Under the pieces are notes generated by a model that worked only from the letters and a program-made list of their open reading frames with translations, had not been told where the DNA came from and did not search any database. DNA of 47,192 bases from Nemertoderma westbladi (Eukaryota; Animalia; Xenacoelomorpha). Every line of letters starts with the position of its first letter. Position 1 is the first letter of the stretch. The DNA lies in the NCBI GenBank assembly GCA_032718475.1, contig JAUCBJ010006490.1:1-47192 (forward strand), given 5' to 3'. The translations under genes were made by a program, and so were the position numbers. Below are positions 13,625 through 25,400 of this stretch, piece after piece.

Positions 13625-14893
13625 TTACGTTGGGGAGTCCCTAGATGTTTGTTGGATTAGGGAGGTGGTCGTGGGAAGAGTATCTTGCCTTCCATAGTTT
13701 CCGGACAGTTCTCGGTCTCTTTCCAGTAAACATAAACGACCAACTGGGCGATTGAGTTGTTGTGTTTCGAATACAATTCCAGGTTTCCTCTTCGTCCTGG
13801 AATAGTGACGATAGAAACATCGCTTCAAATACACGACGGCCTTACAAAGCCGATTCCAGGAACTATAGTGGTCCATCGCTCCCGGCAGGAGAGGTGAGAG
13901 TCCCTGCGAGACGTCTGGTGTTCCAGATCTCCAGTCTCTCTCTCTAATCTCCACAACAGATCTGTTCGCGGTGGGGGAGTTTAGATCCACAGCGTCGTCC
14001 CTGGCAATGTGTAGTACAGACAGATCTATCACGGGTTTAAATAACCTTGATTTACTCGTCCGGGTTTTAGGTTTGACTTTCTCCGCTCCCTTGGCTTGTC
14101 TAATCTCAGCCGTGGTGAGATGGGGAGGCCATTCATCTTCTTTACTTAGGAAGTCGGTTCCACCTAACCAGTCTGGAGTATCTGTCAGTTCTTGAGGAGT
14201 TGCTCCTCTGGAAGCGATGTCGGCTAGATTAATAGTCTCGGGGCAATGTCTCCATTGATCTACATTAGAGTTAATATCGTCATTATCTGAGGAGTATGGT
14301 GTTCCCTCAGTTGTGGTCGTCTCTCCCTCACTGATGTCTTCTTCCCATTCACTCTCCTGGTGGACCTGGTCTTTGGGTAGCCTTTCCAGGAGTGTCCTAC
14401 GGGAAGGTCCAGTGAGGTACCAACCTACTCTTGTTCTTCCCGCATAGGTTTGCAATGGTTGCGGTCGAGCAGGCCGTTTCTCTAATGTCTCAAGCGCCTC
14501 ATGCGCATTTTGGCCGATGAGTATCTGTACTCCAGGGTAGTCTGTGTTGAATCTAGGTATCTTATGCTGCTGGGTGAAATCGTCCTCATCCCAGTTATAA
14601 GGTTCCACTTGGCTGGTAGCGAAGTTCTTTATCGCCACCATTTTTACTGACCTTATGCTGTGTTCTCCTAGTTCATCCTGGGGGGTGGACAACGCGCCTA
14701 CATAGTAATCGGTAGTTACTGTAGATTTCCAAACCTGCATAATTCCTGACATGTTCAACTTAGTTCGGAACTTGGGTTGTCCAGCAAAGATGTCTTCGGC
14801 TAGTTCTTTGTCGATGAATGTTCCTGTGCTGCCGGAGTCAAGGAGGGCGTTCACTATGTAACTCTTTTCAGGTCCGTGGACTCTCAACTGCAC
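13625..14893 (-). CDS. Condensed Bel/Pao pol: aspartic protease fused to RNase H C-terminus and integrase C-terminal tail
   Basis: ALLDSGSTGTFI, ILIGQN, RTRVGWY (protease); WRHCP..NLADIASRG, WLGGTDFL (RNase H end); SSWNRLCKAVVYLKR; NRPVGRLCLLE (IN tail). No RT or IN core; the ORF opens on GTG. Confidence 0.75.
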   Translation of the reverse strand: MQLRVHGPEKSYIVNALLDSGSTGTFIDKELAEDIFAGQPKFRTKLNMSGIMQVWKSTVTTDYYVGALSTPQDELGEHSIRSVKMVAIKNFATSQVEPYNWDEDDFTQQHKIPRFNTDYPGVQILIGQNAHEALETLEKRPARPQPLQTYAGRTRVGWYLTGPSRRTLLERLPKDQVHQESEWEEDISEGETTTTEGTPYSSDNDDINSNVDQWRHCPETINLADIASRGATPQELTDTPDWLGGTDFLSKEDEWPPHLTTAEIRQAKGAEKVKPKTRTSKSRLFKPVIDLSVLHIARDDAVDLNSPTANRSVVEIRERDWRSGTPDVSQGLSPLLPGAMDHYSSWNRLCKAVVYLKRCFYRHYSRTKRKPGIVFETQQLNRPVGRLCLLERDRELSGNYGRQDTLPTTTSLIQQTSRDSPT

Positions 14894-16230
14894 TACGGGA
14901 AATTCTCGGATTCCTGATTGCTACTTGTTGGACACTAAAACAAATAATTTTAATTTGCCTAAGTTACTTAATACTACAAATTACGTACAATTCGGGATGA
15001 GATTACAATCTCTAAATAAACACAAAAATTACACGTACGAATTTTTTAGGGTAATTTTACAAGAAGTCTACAAACCAGCCTAACAAAGGGTTAGAATATC
15101 TGGTTATTACAAACAGACAGGATACTACGGTATTTGAAAATAACAAAGCAGTAGTAAATATACTGCGTTGTCCAGATAGGAAAAATACCACCGTCTGACG
15201 ACTTATAGCCGTATCGCTATAAGTACTACGTTATGTACACGGAGTGTTCCTACCTAGAAGTTAATTACCACAGCCTACTATAGCTAACGTGCCTATTAAC
15301 CACTTTACAACACAAATATACTGCCTACACACTAATTACCTTTGGAAAGCACTGTACACTAAACCCTAAATTAGGTACAAGTACTTATACAACAAATAAC
15401 CAGCAGTTAAAAATACTTGTACAGCTAAAAGAACCACGGTATCTGCCGGAGTGACCAGAGCATAAAATCACCAGTCTTTACCTACGCCGAACAGCCCTGA
15501 TGTAGTACCGGGGTTAATTTAACTATAACGGTATGTATAACAAGCACAATTACTGTAGGAATAAACTTGGGGGTATGTATGTTGCGAATAATCGCATAAA
15601 CTCTGAATAATAAATATTACGCTACCCGTACAGACTACACAAACAAAATACAGACCAAACGCTGGCAGACTACTATCAAGCCTAAATAAACTACAGTATA
15701 TGCAGACTCCGAAATGGTTAGTTAGTATGCGTTCTAACCGAGTAGTACGACTTATTCTTTCGGGGGGGATTTACCTTACAGCACTGGATGCCGCCACGTT
15801 CCTAACTAGTACTTTATCGGACATACACTCTACACATACTGCAATCTCTTCAGACCTAACAACAGCCAGACAACAATCCAGCCTACAAATTATTTATACA
15901 ATCCGAGCAGGCTTACACGCCTTCTGCTCAATATTAACTTACAAATAAATAAAACTGACAGAAATAAGTAAAATCCCAATAAAAAACCAGGCGTCCCCGA
16001 TTAAATATTAAGACCTACCGGTATATAATTATCAAAATCGAATAATACTGCTGTACCTGTACTGCTGTAAGTACCGGTTCGGGTGGTTAGGTAGTTAGGC
16101 CTACTGGTTACCGGTCGACCGGTACTTTTACCTTTATTGCCTACGTTGCAATAAAGAAGCTATAACTGTTATTGTTCTTACCAGAACAATAGACAACTAT
16201 ATTTATTGCCTACACTGCAATCTAAAACAG

Positions 16231-16241
16231 ATAACTGTTAT
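16231..16241 (-). promoter_or_regulatory. E1 primer-binding-site position (non-tRNA; complementary to own LTR)
   Basis: Sense ATAACAGTTAT abuts the 5' LTR end; its complement ATAACTGTTAT (sense) is at 16968-16978 and 8738-8748. Confidence 0.7.
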
Positions 16242-17413
16242 TGTTCGCGCTTTTAGACCTTTAGCAGTTTAACCTGCCAAATTTAGGTGTCTTCTAGGTT
16301 ATAAATCGACTTTAGCCTATGACAAGTATTTGATACACATAAAGTTACATTAGCCGAAGCCAGCCTATGCGCGATCATTCACCCACGGTTAAGGGAGACT
16401 GGATTCGGATGCTCTGACCTTATTGCGGTGTAGGCCTACTGTACTATTCGATTGATCGTTAATATATAATCTCTGACAAATATTATTCACTTTCGGGAAA
16501 TATTAACAGTTCCTTTAGGACGTGGCACTCTGAGTATGTAAACAGAGTTATGACTTACACTAAACACAACGAGATGGCTAATGATTTACGTATAAGGCGC
16601 ATTCTTTAGGAAATGCTTTGTTACCTGTCACACTCATGCACACTACCTCACACTGCTGTACACTGATCTGCCGACCTTCACTAAATTTGATCATATATAA
16701 GGAGAACAGCAACTGACACATGTAGGGTCTATGAAATAGCATTCAATTCACTCCAAAACCACTATAATGTAAGTCGCAATTGCTATATGTAACCGGTCTC
16801 TCTAACCTTCAGTATATCAAGAAGATTGGGGTTTTATGATTATTCATCGATATTCTCCAACTATAACAACATATCAATCAACTTCTAACAATTAATAACC
16901 GACAGTAAATAGCAGTAAAATAATGCGGTGAAAGGTAAGGTGAGTCTGGTATGCCAGGTATGGCAGGATAACAGTTATACGTTTCTATGATCAAAGCCGT
17001 TCTAATGTTTGGCTAAAGTCTGAAACACAGAATAATTTCACAGCCGATGTTCTGGGCTCAGGAAAAAAGGTAAACAAAAACCATTTTGCATTGCGCGATT
17101 TCCCGGAGGCTTCTGTGCAAATAAAATGAAAATCGCTCTGATTGGTCGAGCCAAACAAAGAACAAAGAAAAGCTCTACGTGGACATATCAGCTGATAGAT
17201 GTCGTCATCTGAACTACACTGTATCAAGAGTATTTTGGCGTATTGCGGCATAAAATCGCTAGTTATGTCCGCTAAAGTACACATATAGAAAAATGGCTTT
17301 TTATGTCCACTAAATCACCTACACAGTAAGAAAACGGCTTTTTATGTCCGCTAAAACACCTACAGAGTACTTTGCGGGGAAAATGACTAGCTAGATCCGC
17401 AAAAGCCTTTACA
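16242..17413 (-). repeat. E1 5' LTR
   Basis: Direct repeat of 8012-9183; followed by TSD GAAGA. Confidence 0.95.
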
Positions 17414-17850
17414 GAAGATGTTAAGTTTCAAATAATACGCCCTCTAGCGGCAGACAGGGGAACTTCAGACTACTCTATGACTCCGCAAAAGATATGGCCT
17501 ATGCCGTAGTAGATGCCGATTGGGGGGTCAAAATGAAGTAAACATATATCTAAATAAGCCTCAAACATCTTGCCTCATGGCTCGCCCCTTAGAACTCTTA
17601 AGCAATATAACTTCATAGTTTTGCGGATTGTAAATAACAAGGCTAGAGAAGATGTTAATTTTCAAATAATACGCCCTCTAGCGGCAGACAGGGGGACTTC
17701 ATACTACTCTATGGCTCCGCAAAAGATATGGCCTATGCCGTAGTAGATGCCTACCGAGTTTAAACCTATTCGGAATGAAAATAACAAAGTTAGAGAAGAT
17801 GTTAATTTTCAGATATTACGCCCTCTAGCAGCAGACTATGGAACTGCAGA
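17414..17850. repeat. Continuation of the ~234-bp tandem repeat
   Basis: Units start at 17438, 17672 (shortened) and 17819. Confidence 0.85.
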
Positions 17851-18242
17851 CGGCTGGATATAGGTAAGAGTAATTAGTAATCAGAGCTGTCACGAGAGGG
17901 GGGGGGCGCTTGGATACAACTATTATTAATAAGCTGTTGCTTGGTTAAAGCTAATTGGGGGTCAAAGGTCAACGATAAAGCTGTCTGGATATAGATAAGA
18001 GTAATTAATTGCCAGTGGGGGAGCTGTATACCCTATGGCTAAGTATGGCTAAGAAATCAATGTATAAAGTAAACGTAATACAATTAATTAATGTAAAATA
18101 AAGTACAAATGAATAATTAATTTAAAATTAAATACGAATAAATAAAGTAAAATAAAATACAAATAATTAATTAAAATTAAATATAAATATAAATAAATAG
18201 GTATTAATAAATAAAAGAGCCGCGGTGTCACTTATGACACCC

Positions 18243-18536
18243 TTTGCTCCTCTCGGTGACAGTTGTACCCAACTGATGACCCATTGTGTGTCAGGGCGCT
18301 AATCAGTCTGATTAATTAGGATAATCAATTAAACCCTAATTAGGAGTCGTAAGACACCTATTAGGGTTTAATTGTACTAATTAATTGATGCCACCTATCA
18401 ATTAAGGTATAATTAGCCTAATTGGGAGGTGTCACCTAGACAGTCTGGCGCCAATGACACCCTATGGGTGATAATAGGGTGTCATATGACACCCAATGGG
18501 TGTCAGTTGGGTCCAACTGTCGCCGAGCCGTGCAAA
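18243..18536. repeat. Small imperfect inverted-repeat element (MITE-like)
   Basis: CTCGGTGACAGTTGTACCCAACTGATGACCCATTG is inverted at CAATGGGTGTCAGTTGGGTCCAACTGTCGCCGAG; internal GTGTC..GACAC palindromes. Confidence 0.55.
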
Positions 18537-19762
18537 CCCCTACTACTTATAGTCATATAACCTTTTCCAACTAGCTACTGGGACTGGGGACAAATTGACT
18601 ATACTAGTAGCACAGGACAGTAGACGAATCACACTTTCTGAGTGCACCGGCACAAAAGGGGAGGGTGAGGCTTGTCAGAAGTCAGTGGAGTGAAATAAGT
18701 GTGGGTTGAGTATAGGAACATGGGGGAAGGAACGGAGAGGGGGTGTTGACGTGCGCAGAATGTACTGTAGACGGGTGCAATTCAAATGTTGTTGGGAGCG
18801 AGGAGTAGGAGAGAGAATGAGGGACGATAGGGTCCATAGGATATATAGAGCAGAGTGGAGTTAGAGTGAGTTCAGAGTGGAAGTTTTAAAATTGTGTGAA
18901 AAGAGAGTCCACAATTGTTTCGAACAGAGACGTCAGATGTCTTGGTGCAACATAGGTTGCGATTGCACCAAGAAGGGGTAGCAACATCATGCCCAGGGGG
19001 GCGGCCTGGAAAGCCAACCCCGAAAAAGAACTCCACCCCACACCCGATATTAGATCGGGTTCCAGCGGAATTGAAGCGCACTTGAGGTTGATGCTATCTT
19101 CTCACCGGGAAGATAGCATGGGGGGAGTGTAAGCGGATTCAATTCCGCTACATTACCCAACAGTAAATGGGATAGTGGCATTTTCAGCAATATGTTGGAG
19201 ATACGAGGATTAGCAATATTAATCTCGTATCACAACCAACATTTGGGGGGGGGGGGCAGGACAAGCTCCAAAGCCACACAGAAAGGAAGGTTAGAGGTTA
19301 AACCACCTCGGAGGGAATACAGCTAGTAGAGGCTAGCAGCAGAGGGGAAACACTCACAGAGAGTGCCAAGGGTGACAAGTAGCATATTAGCCAATAGGGG
19401 GGAGGGATGCATGTGATAGGGAACAGGAGAGCATCCATTAGGTAGCAGGCCAAGGTAGAGTAGGAGGTGAAGCAATATTAGTGTATCAGATCAGTCATAT
19501 ATTATGTCAGATTCTTGGATTGGTACATCAGTTAGTTAGTTACTCAGTTTAGTGCAGACCGGTAACAATTATTCACCGTCATCATTATCGGCTGTCATCA
19601 TATATTATTACCGGTATCTGGTACCATCTTGTATTAACCATTGGAAGAAGTAGCCAGGCGCGAAAGGCGGAGAGAGAATGAAACGCGTTATGTAGACGAG
19701 CATATAATATAATATATAATAATATTGTGCTATCATTGTATAACACCAAGGGATAACATCGA

Positions 19763-21676
19763 TATTCGAAGAGACGGTAACAATACCTGCAATATCCTAC
19801 TGTAAAGTTTGTGAATCAAATCATAAATCCGACCTTCTCACCAAAACAGTAAACTTCAAGTAAGCGAATATATTGCAGTATCGATCTCTTATAACCGGTG
19901 AGGCAGAAAACAGTCTACGAGCAGACAAACTTCGATAAAACAAAATCCCGCGCAGCGAATCCTAAAATCAGGCTGACTCACTGACGGACTAAGAGGCTCG
20001 TATACTTTGCCGCGGTGTGATTTATATGGTTGGGCAAAGAGACGCTAGCTAGGTACAGAGGCAGAGATTTGGAGATGTCTAACTAGCGGGCAAAGCACAG
20101 TACGGACAAAAGTTAATTTTATATATTTTGAGGTGTAAATAATTTCTAACGCGCGTATGTTAATTCTGAACGGTCAAAAACAGTTTTGCTCCTTCACATA
20201 TATAATTACTGGGTACGGTGTGCATTTTACGAATATTCTAATTTTGTAACTTGTAGGTCCAATACTCACGAATGATAAGGTTCCTTCCCCTCTTGCGTAT
20301 TTCCAGGACTCAAATTCAGGCATAAGGTTAATGCTACGCCCAGAATTCGGCAATTTTAATTTACCAGGCCCCTAATACTAAGAAGAAATGTGTTAGTTTA
20401 CTACAGTAGGCGTACAGTTACTAATAGCTATCCTAGCGTCCTATCTAGAATTTTAGTCACCTAGGTAGGCTGGGTAACTTCCTATCAAGACGTTGGCGGG
20501 GACACGGTAGATGTTAGTATATCCCTAATAGCCTCAATTTATTTGCGCCTAGTTGTAAACTGCCCTACCGCCTGAACGGTACAATCCCAATTCAGGTGAA
20601 AACACAGCAACCCTCCTAGCCTACAAGTTCTGATGCAATGGACACTGTGGTACTACAAATAGTCGCACACGCACCTGTACTTAGCAAGAGTTAGGCGTAC
20701 AGTTTGCTGCACCCTACCAATTTGTATGCTTCGTACCGGTGTGCCTACGTCCTATCTGCGTACTAGTATCTGCCTGCTCTCTCTCTCTCCCCCCCCCCGT
20801 AGGAATGTGAAGGTCTACTGTGGTTTTTTCCTGAATCAAGACAGTACAGTCCCTAAGATGTAATTTTAGGCTTACAGCGTGTCACTACTTCTACCTTTTG
20901 ATCTTTGGTCTTACGCTTAGGTAGCAAGGCGTCGAACGCTGTCTAACCTTTCAGGCGATGGGCGAATAACTCAAGATGGTATTGCGGGTTGTCTCTTGTC
21001 TACATTCCCGTGATGTTCCCGTTCATTGCTGCGGCCCGATCTCTAGCCGGCCATCCTGTTCCTAAAGGTCTTCACCGTAGTGAATCATGGTGAAAGAAAA
21101 GCAGATAGCGGTATTTCTGAATTTATTGCAGATAATAATATAAAATGTAATCTGAAAACTAATGACAGAATAAACAAATATTAGATAACTCAGAGATACG
21201 AATATGGTTAGAGTAATTGAGAGATAACTAATGAACGAAATCGCACCTTTATATAGCAAATTTGTGCTGCAATCAATCGAGAAAATTCTCGATTGTTCTA
21301 TAGGTTCTAACATGTTTTTAAAGATAACTATTGGTCCAGCTAATATATAACTTGCACGACATTGGTTACAATCAAATAACTACAGTCTCATTGGTTAATC
21401 TAGGTACAAACGAATGCAATTTAATTTGTAGCGGTTAATTTAAATGAGTTGAAATTCTGTACAAAAAATAATTCGCACTTACTAGGATTCGAACTCAATA
21501 CCTACTACACATATAATTTCCAACGCTCTACCGACTGAGCTACTGAACCACTTGACCAATAGGCGTACAAATGATAGAACAAATACGAATGAGAACTCAA
21601 AGCAATCTTTTACAAAGTTAATTCGAATAAAATAAAATTTTGAAAATCCACGGCATTTAGGGAATATAATTCTATA
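19763..21676 (-). repeat. E2 3' LTR (TA...TA ends)
   Basis: Matches 36421-36794 plus 38358-39905 with ~5 substitutions and 2 small indels by eye. Confidence 0.95.
21463..21549 (-). other. tRNA-like (SINE-head-like) Pol III unit in E2 U3; second copy ~39692-39778
   Basis: Sense GGTTCAG-TAGCTCAGTCGGTAGAGC (A box, intact D arm)...GAGTTCGAATCC (B box)...TTTTTT; acceptor and anticodon stems do not pair. Confidence 0.6.
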
Positions 21677-21690
21677 CCGCTCCATGAAAA
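21677..21690 (-). promoter_or_regulatory. E2 polypurine tract
   Basis: Sense TTTTCATGGAGCGG directly before the 3' LTR; resembles the E1 PPT. Confidence 0.65.
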
Positions 21691-21909
21691 CAGGATATTA
21701 TCGTGCATAAAATATACGGTTTTCACCAATAATCAATCAAACTATAGAATACTTAGGGCGTACTTACATATTTACAAATTAAATTTCAAACAATACTTCC
21801 TTTCTACATAATGATTCGATACAAAATAATTACAAATTCAAACTTTACGTATTTAAGGCTTTACTAAGTAAGTACAATATAAATCTAAATTAAATTCACC
21901 AATATAAAT

Positions 21910-22470
21910 CTATTGCATCTCAATATTGCATAAATTCAAGCAATTACAAATACAAATAAATGAAAACAATAAGAAAGGCTCGCGAATCTTCCATCTACTA
22001 TTGCATCTCAAATATTGCATAAATACAAAATAATTACAAATACTTTCGTGCCTAAATGTAGATTGCATAAGTTCGGAATAATTACAAATATGAGTCTTTC
22101 TAAGCACAAAACTTTCTGACTATAAAACTTTCTAAATACAAAATAACACTTTACAAATGAAACTATAAGAAAGGCCCACGAGTCTTCCATCTACTCTTAC
22201 TTTCTATTTCACTGTAAATACAAATACTGCTTATAAAATATAAATTGCATAATATTCGGAACAATATAAATTGCATAAGTTCGAAATAATATAAATTGCA
22301 TAAGTTCGGAATAATTACAAATATAAAATATAAATTCTTACAAATATAAGTCTTACTAAATATAAGTTTTACTAAATATGGGTCTTTTCCAGAATACAAA
22401 ACTTACTAAATACAACATATAATTCAAATAAATCACAAATTCACAAGAAAGGCTCACGAGTCTTCCGTCC
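21910..22470. repeat. AT-rich short tandem duplications in the E2 3' UTR
   Basis: ATTGCATAA(G)TTCGGAATAATTACAAATA-type units and three AGAAAGGCYCRCGARTCTTCC copies. Confidence 0.75.
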
Positions 22471-22486
22471 ACCCTTGCCCTCCCTT

Positions 22487-25400
22487 TTATCGCTTAGTGG
22501 ATCGAGCCCTGCCGCGTCCTCGAAAACTGCGCACAGGTGACTTTGCTCGCGATATGGGACTTGTGGGGCGAGTCACTGGTTTCGTTTGGACGTTGAGAGA
22601 CGGTGCGACTATTTCCTCGCAAATTCGTCTATTTAGCATCCCAAAACCTCGACCGATTCCTCGTGACCGATCAGTTGTCACTACAGTTGGTAGAACGTCT
22701 GGGAACGCGCGAGAAGCGGACGACGCAGACCCAAGAGTAGCTTGCGCCCCCTTCTGATCAGCTGGTGTATGTCCCGATCCTCCTGTTGGTTCTCTAGGAA
22801 GTGATACCGTATCCCGAGTAATTCGAATGGTCGGCTCAGCTCCCTTGCGTTCTTCTATATTAATAATTTTCTTTAATTGTTGGCCCACTTTCTGGACCCG
22901 TATGATCCTACCCTGTCCGTCCTCCCGAGGGTGATGTGCAGACGGCGCAACCGGAGTGGCTGGTATGTTTGTCGCCTCTAGGACCTCCTCTTCCTTGAAT
23001 ACGCTCGCTCGTATACATTTGTGGTAAAACGCGGCTCGGTACGCCCATGCGACGGTTAACCAAGCTCCTTTATTCCGCTTTTCAGTTCGGAAACGATCGA
23101 ATTCACCATACGTGATGCGATTAACGACTTTCTGAAAATTCCACGTGTTTTTGTTATCCGGGTGAATCTGTAGTAGATACTCGCGCACTACTCGGAATCC
23201 ACTGTCGTGGGGCAAAATATCGACAACCTCGATAAGTTCGTCATATTGGGGCATAGCGGAGATATATCCTTCCGACATCATCGTTTGAGGATTTACCGCC
23301 CAAAGTCCAAGATGCGCCCTCATCGGAAATCGTCTTCTTTGTGCCGATACATGTTCGTCGGCTAAATCTTCCCACTCATCAAATAATTTCCTCACGAGTT
23401 TTACAGATTCGTGTTCATAAGGTATGTCTCTTAGTTGGCATTCAGATGCTCGATGTCCTTTTATATTGCAATAAGTACATTGAGCCATAAATCTCCAGCA
23501 AGTATAAAAGGTATGAGACCCTTGATCCCCACACCATCCACAGATTAGCTGAGTCGTAGTAATGTGCTTTCCACTGCACTTTGTCATATGATGTCCAGCG
23601 ACGCCACATTTACTACACATCGTATTGGCAGGGTACCACACTCGTTCGTATATAAGATCCCCAATCGGTCGAGCGCTTCCTCCCACACTATAATCGTAAT
23701 ATTCTGGATCTATGGGTTGGTAGGTTTCTGAAGGTTGTATACAAACTATAGCATCTGTTGCTTCAAGTTGTCGAATCTCCGTCTGAGATTTCTTCGGGAG
23801 GTTCCTTTCTATCTCAAGAAGTTCCTCTAAAGGATCGTCGGCGATCGTAGTAGTTACTTCGAAATCATCACCGAGGTGACCGATAGGCGCGCGCGTCTGC
23901 CGTGATTCTTCCGTAATCTCCACGATACGTTCTCCTTCATAGGGTAACAATGTAAACATAGATGGTCTTTCGATAAGAGATCCCGCACAGCGAAGATACA
24001 CGTCTCGAAATATACTAAATCCTGCTCGAGTAAAGGCATTACACTGAGCGTCGGAGTTGTAGAAGGGTTCAAGGAATCGTCTAAACACGTCGGTATGAAT
24101 TCTCCCTTCCATGTAGAAAGTATGATCTTCTCCGAGACAAAGTGGATGTCTTTTGAGAGTCCGAGACACAATGTCGGCGATTAGGCAAACATTCACTGAC
24201 GACTCTATTGCTAAATAATATTGTAAGACCGCTCTTGGAGGTGACGTAATAGCCCAATACACGCATCCTCTCCATTTAAGCTGTGATTCAAACTCACTCA
24301 TATCTGGAGTATCACCTTCTCCATAAGTCTCAATATACTTGGTTCTCTTACTTTCCTTATAATCCCAATTGAATAACAGGTAGGAAATGTATCCAGTTCC
24401 AGTCTTCTGAGTATTATACTCACGAAAATATCCCTGTTCTATAGACCACAAAATAAGAGGTCGAGTGTCGACGTAAGGTGTCGGTAGTCGGTCATCGCTG
24501 TCCGTCATGCCGGCGAAGTCGCTAATTAAGTCCTCCCTTACTCCTGATCCAATCTTTACAACAGTTTTATCTAAAATCATGTTTCTTACCATCTTCGGTA
24601 GCATTCTAGCGTCGATATTACAAGCTTGGTCCATCTTCTTTACTATGTCGATGATAAGATGGTGTCGCTTTGTATTCGCTGGAGGTATCGGCATTCGTTT
24701 ATCGCTCCTCTGTCTACTGAAAACGTGCAGGACTCCGTCCGCCGCTCTAATTTGTATAGTCTTAGAAGTCAAACTCTGCTGATGACTGCCGCCCTCGTTG
24801 TCGTAAAACATGTAACCATTTTCCTGAAACGATCTGAACGTCCTATTCCATTCATCCAACAATTCTTCCGAAGGTTGCCAAATCTTCTCTATGTCCTTAT
24901 CATCTTCGAAACGAATAACCTTACCTCGCCAATCTGCGGCAATATCTGTATCCGACTCGAAGGTTCCAGTTCCAATCCATAAACGAATCGTCTTGGTTAA
25001 ATATCCTTTCAGATTACTCGGAGCTATATCGGCACCAGCTCTATCCAGTTCCTTGAAGTCTTGGATATGAGGTGGAACGTTGTACACGACCTTTTGAGTA
25101 ATATGTCTACGTAAATCATATATCTTACTCATATCGCTGAAAACAACTGCAGGAAGAAACTCCAAGTTTGAAATGATTTCTGGATGATCCACGATGGGTA
25201 TTTCGTACGTCGTATCCTGTCGGACTGGTATACTAATAGGAAAATTGAGTGTCGTACTCAATGGTTTCGTAGTTGAAATACTATATGGTTGCATTTCTCT
25301 TGTCCTCTCCGGGAATGCAATCTGTAGTCTCTGAATAACGTTTTGAGCAAAGTTTATGCTCTCGAAAACTTCCGGTGTCATCTCCTTAGCTGGAGTTTGA

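Larger units (their letters stand above)
8012..17413 (-). mobile_element. E1: internally deleted (non-autonomous) Bel/Pao LTR retrotransposon
   Basis: Two 1172-bp direct repeats with TGT...ACA ends, TSD GAAGA (8007-8011, 17414-17418), Bel/Pao protease/RNase H/integrase remnants on the minus strand, PPT next to the 3' LTR. Confidence 0.93.

Noticed and set aside
21463-21549. Functional tRNA gene or element-encoded tRNA primer
   Set aside because: Acceptor and anticodon stems do not pair, and the 3' end is not complementary to the PBS.
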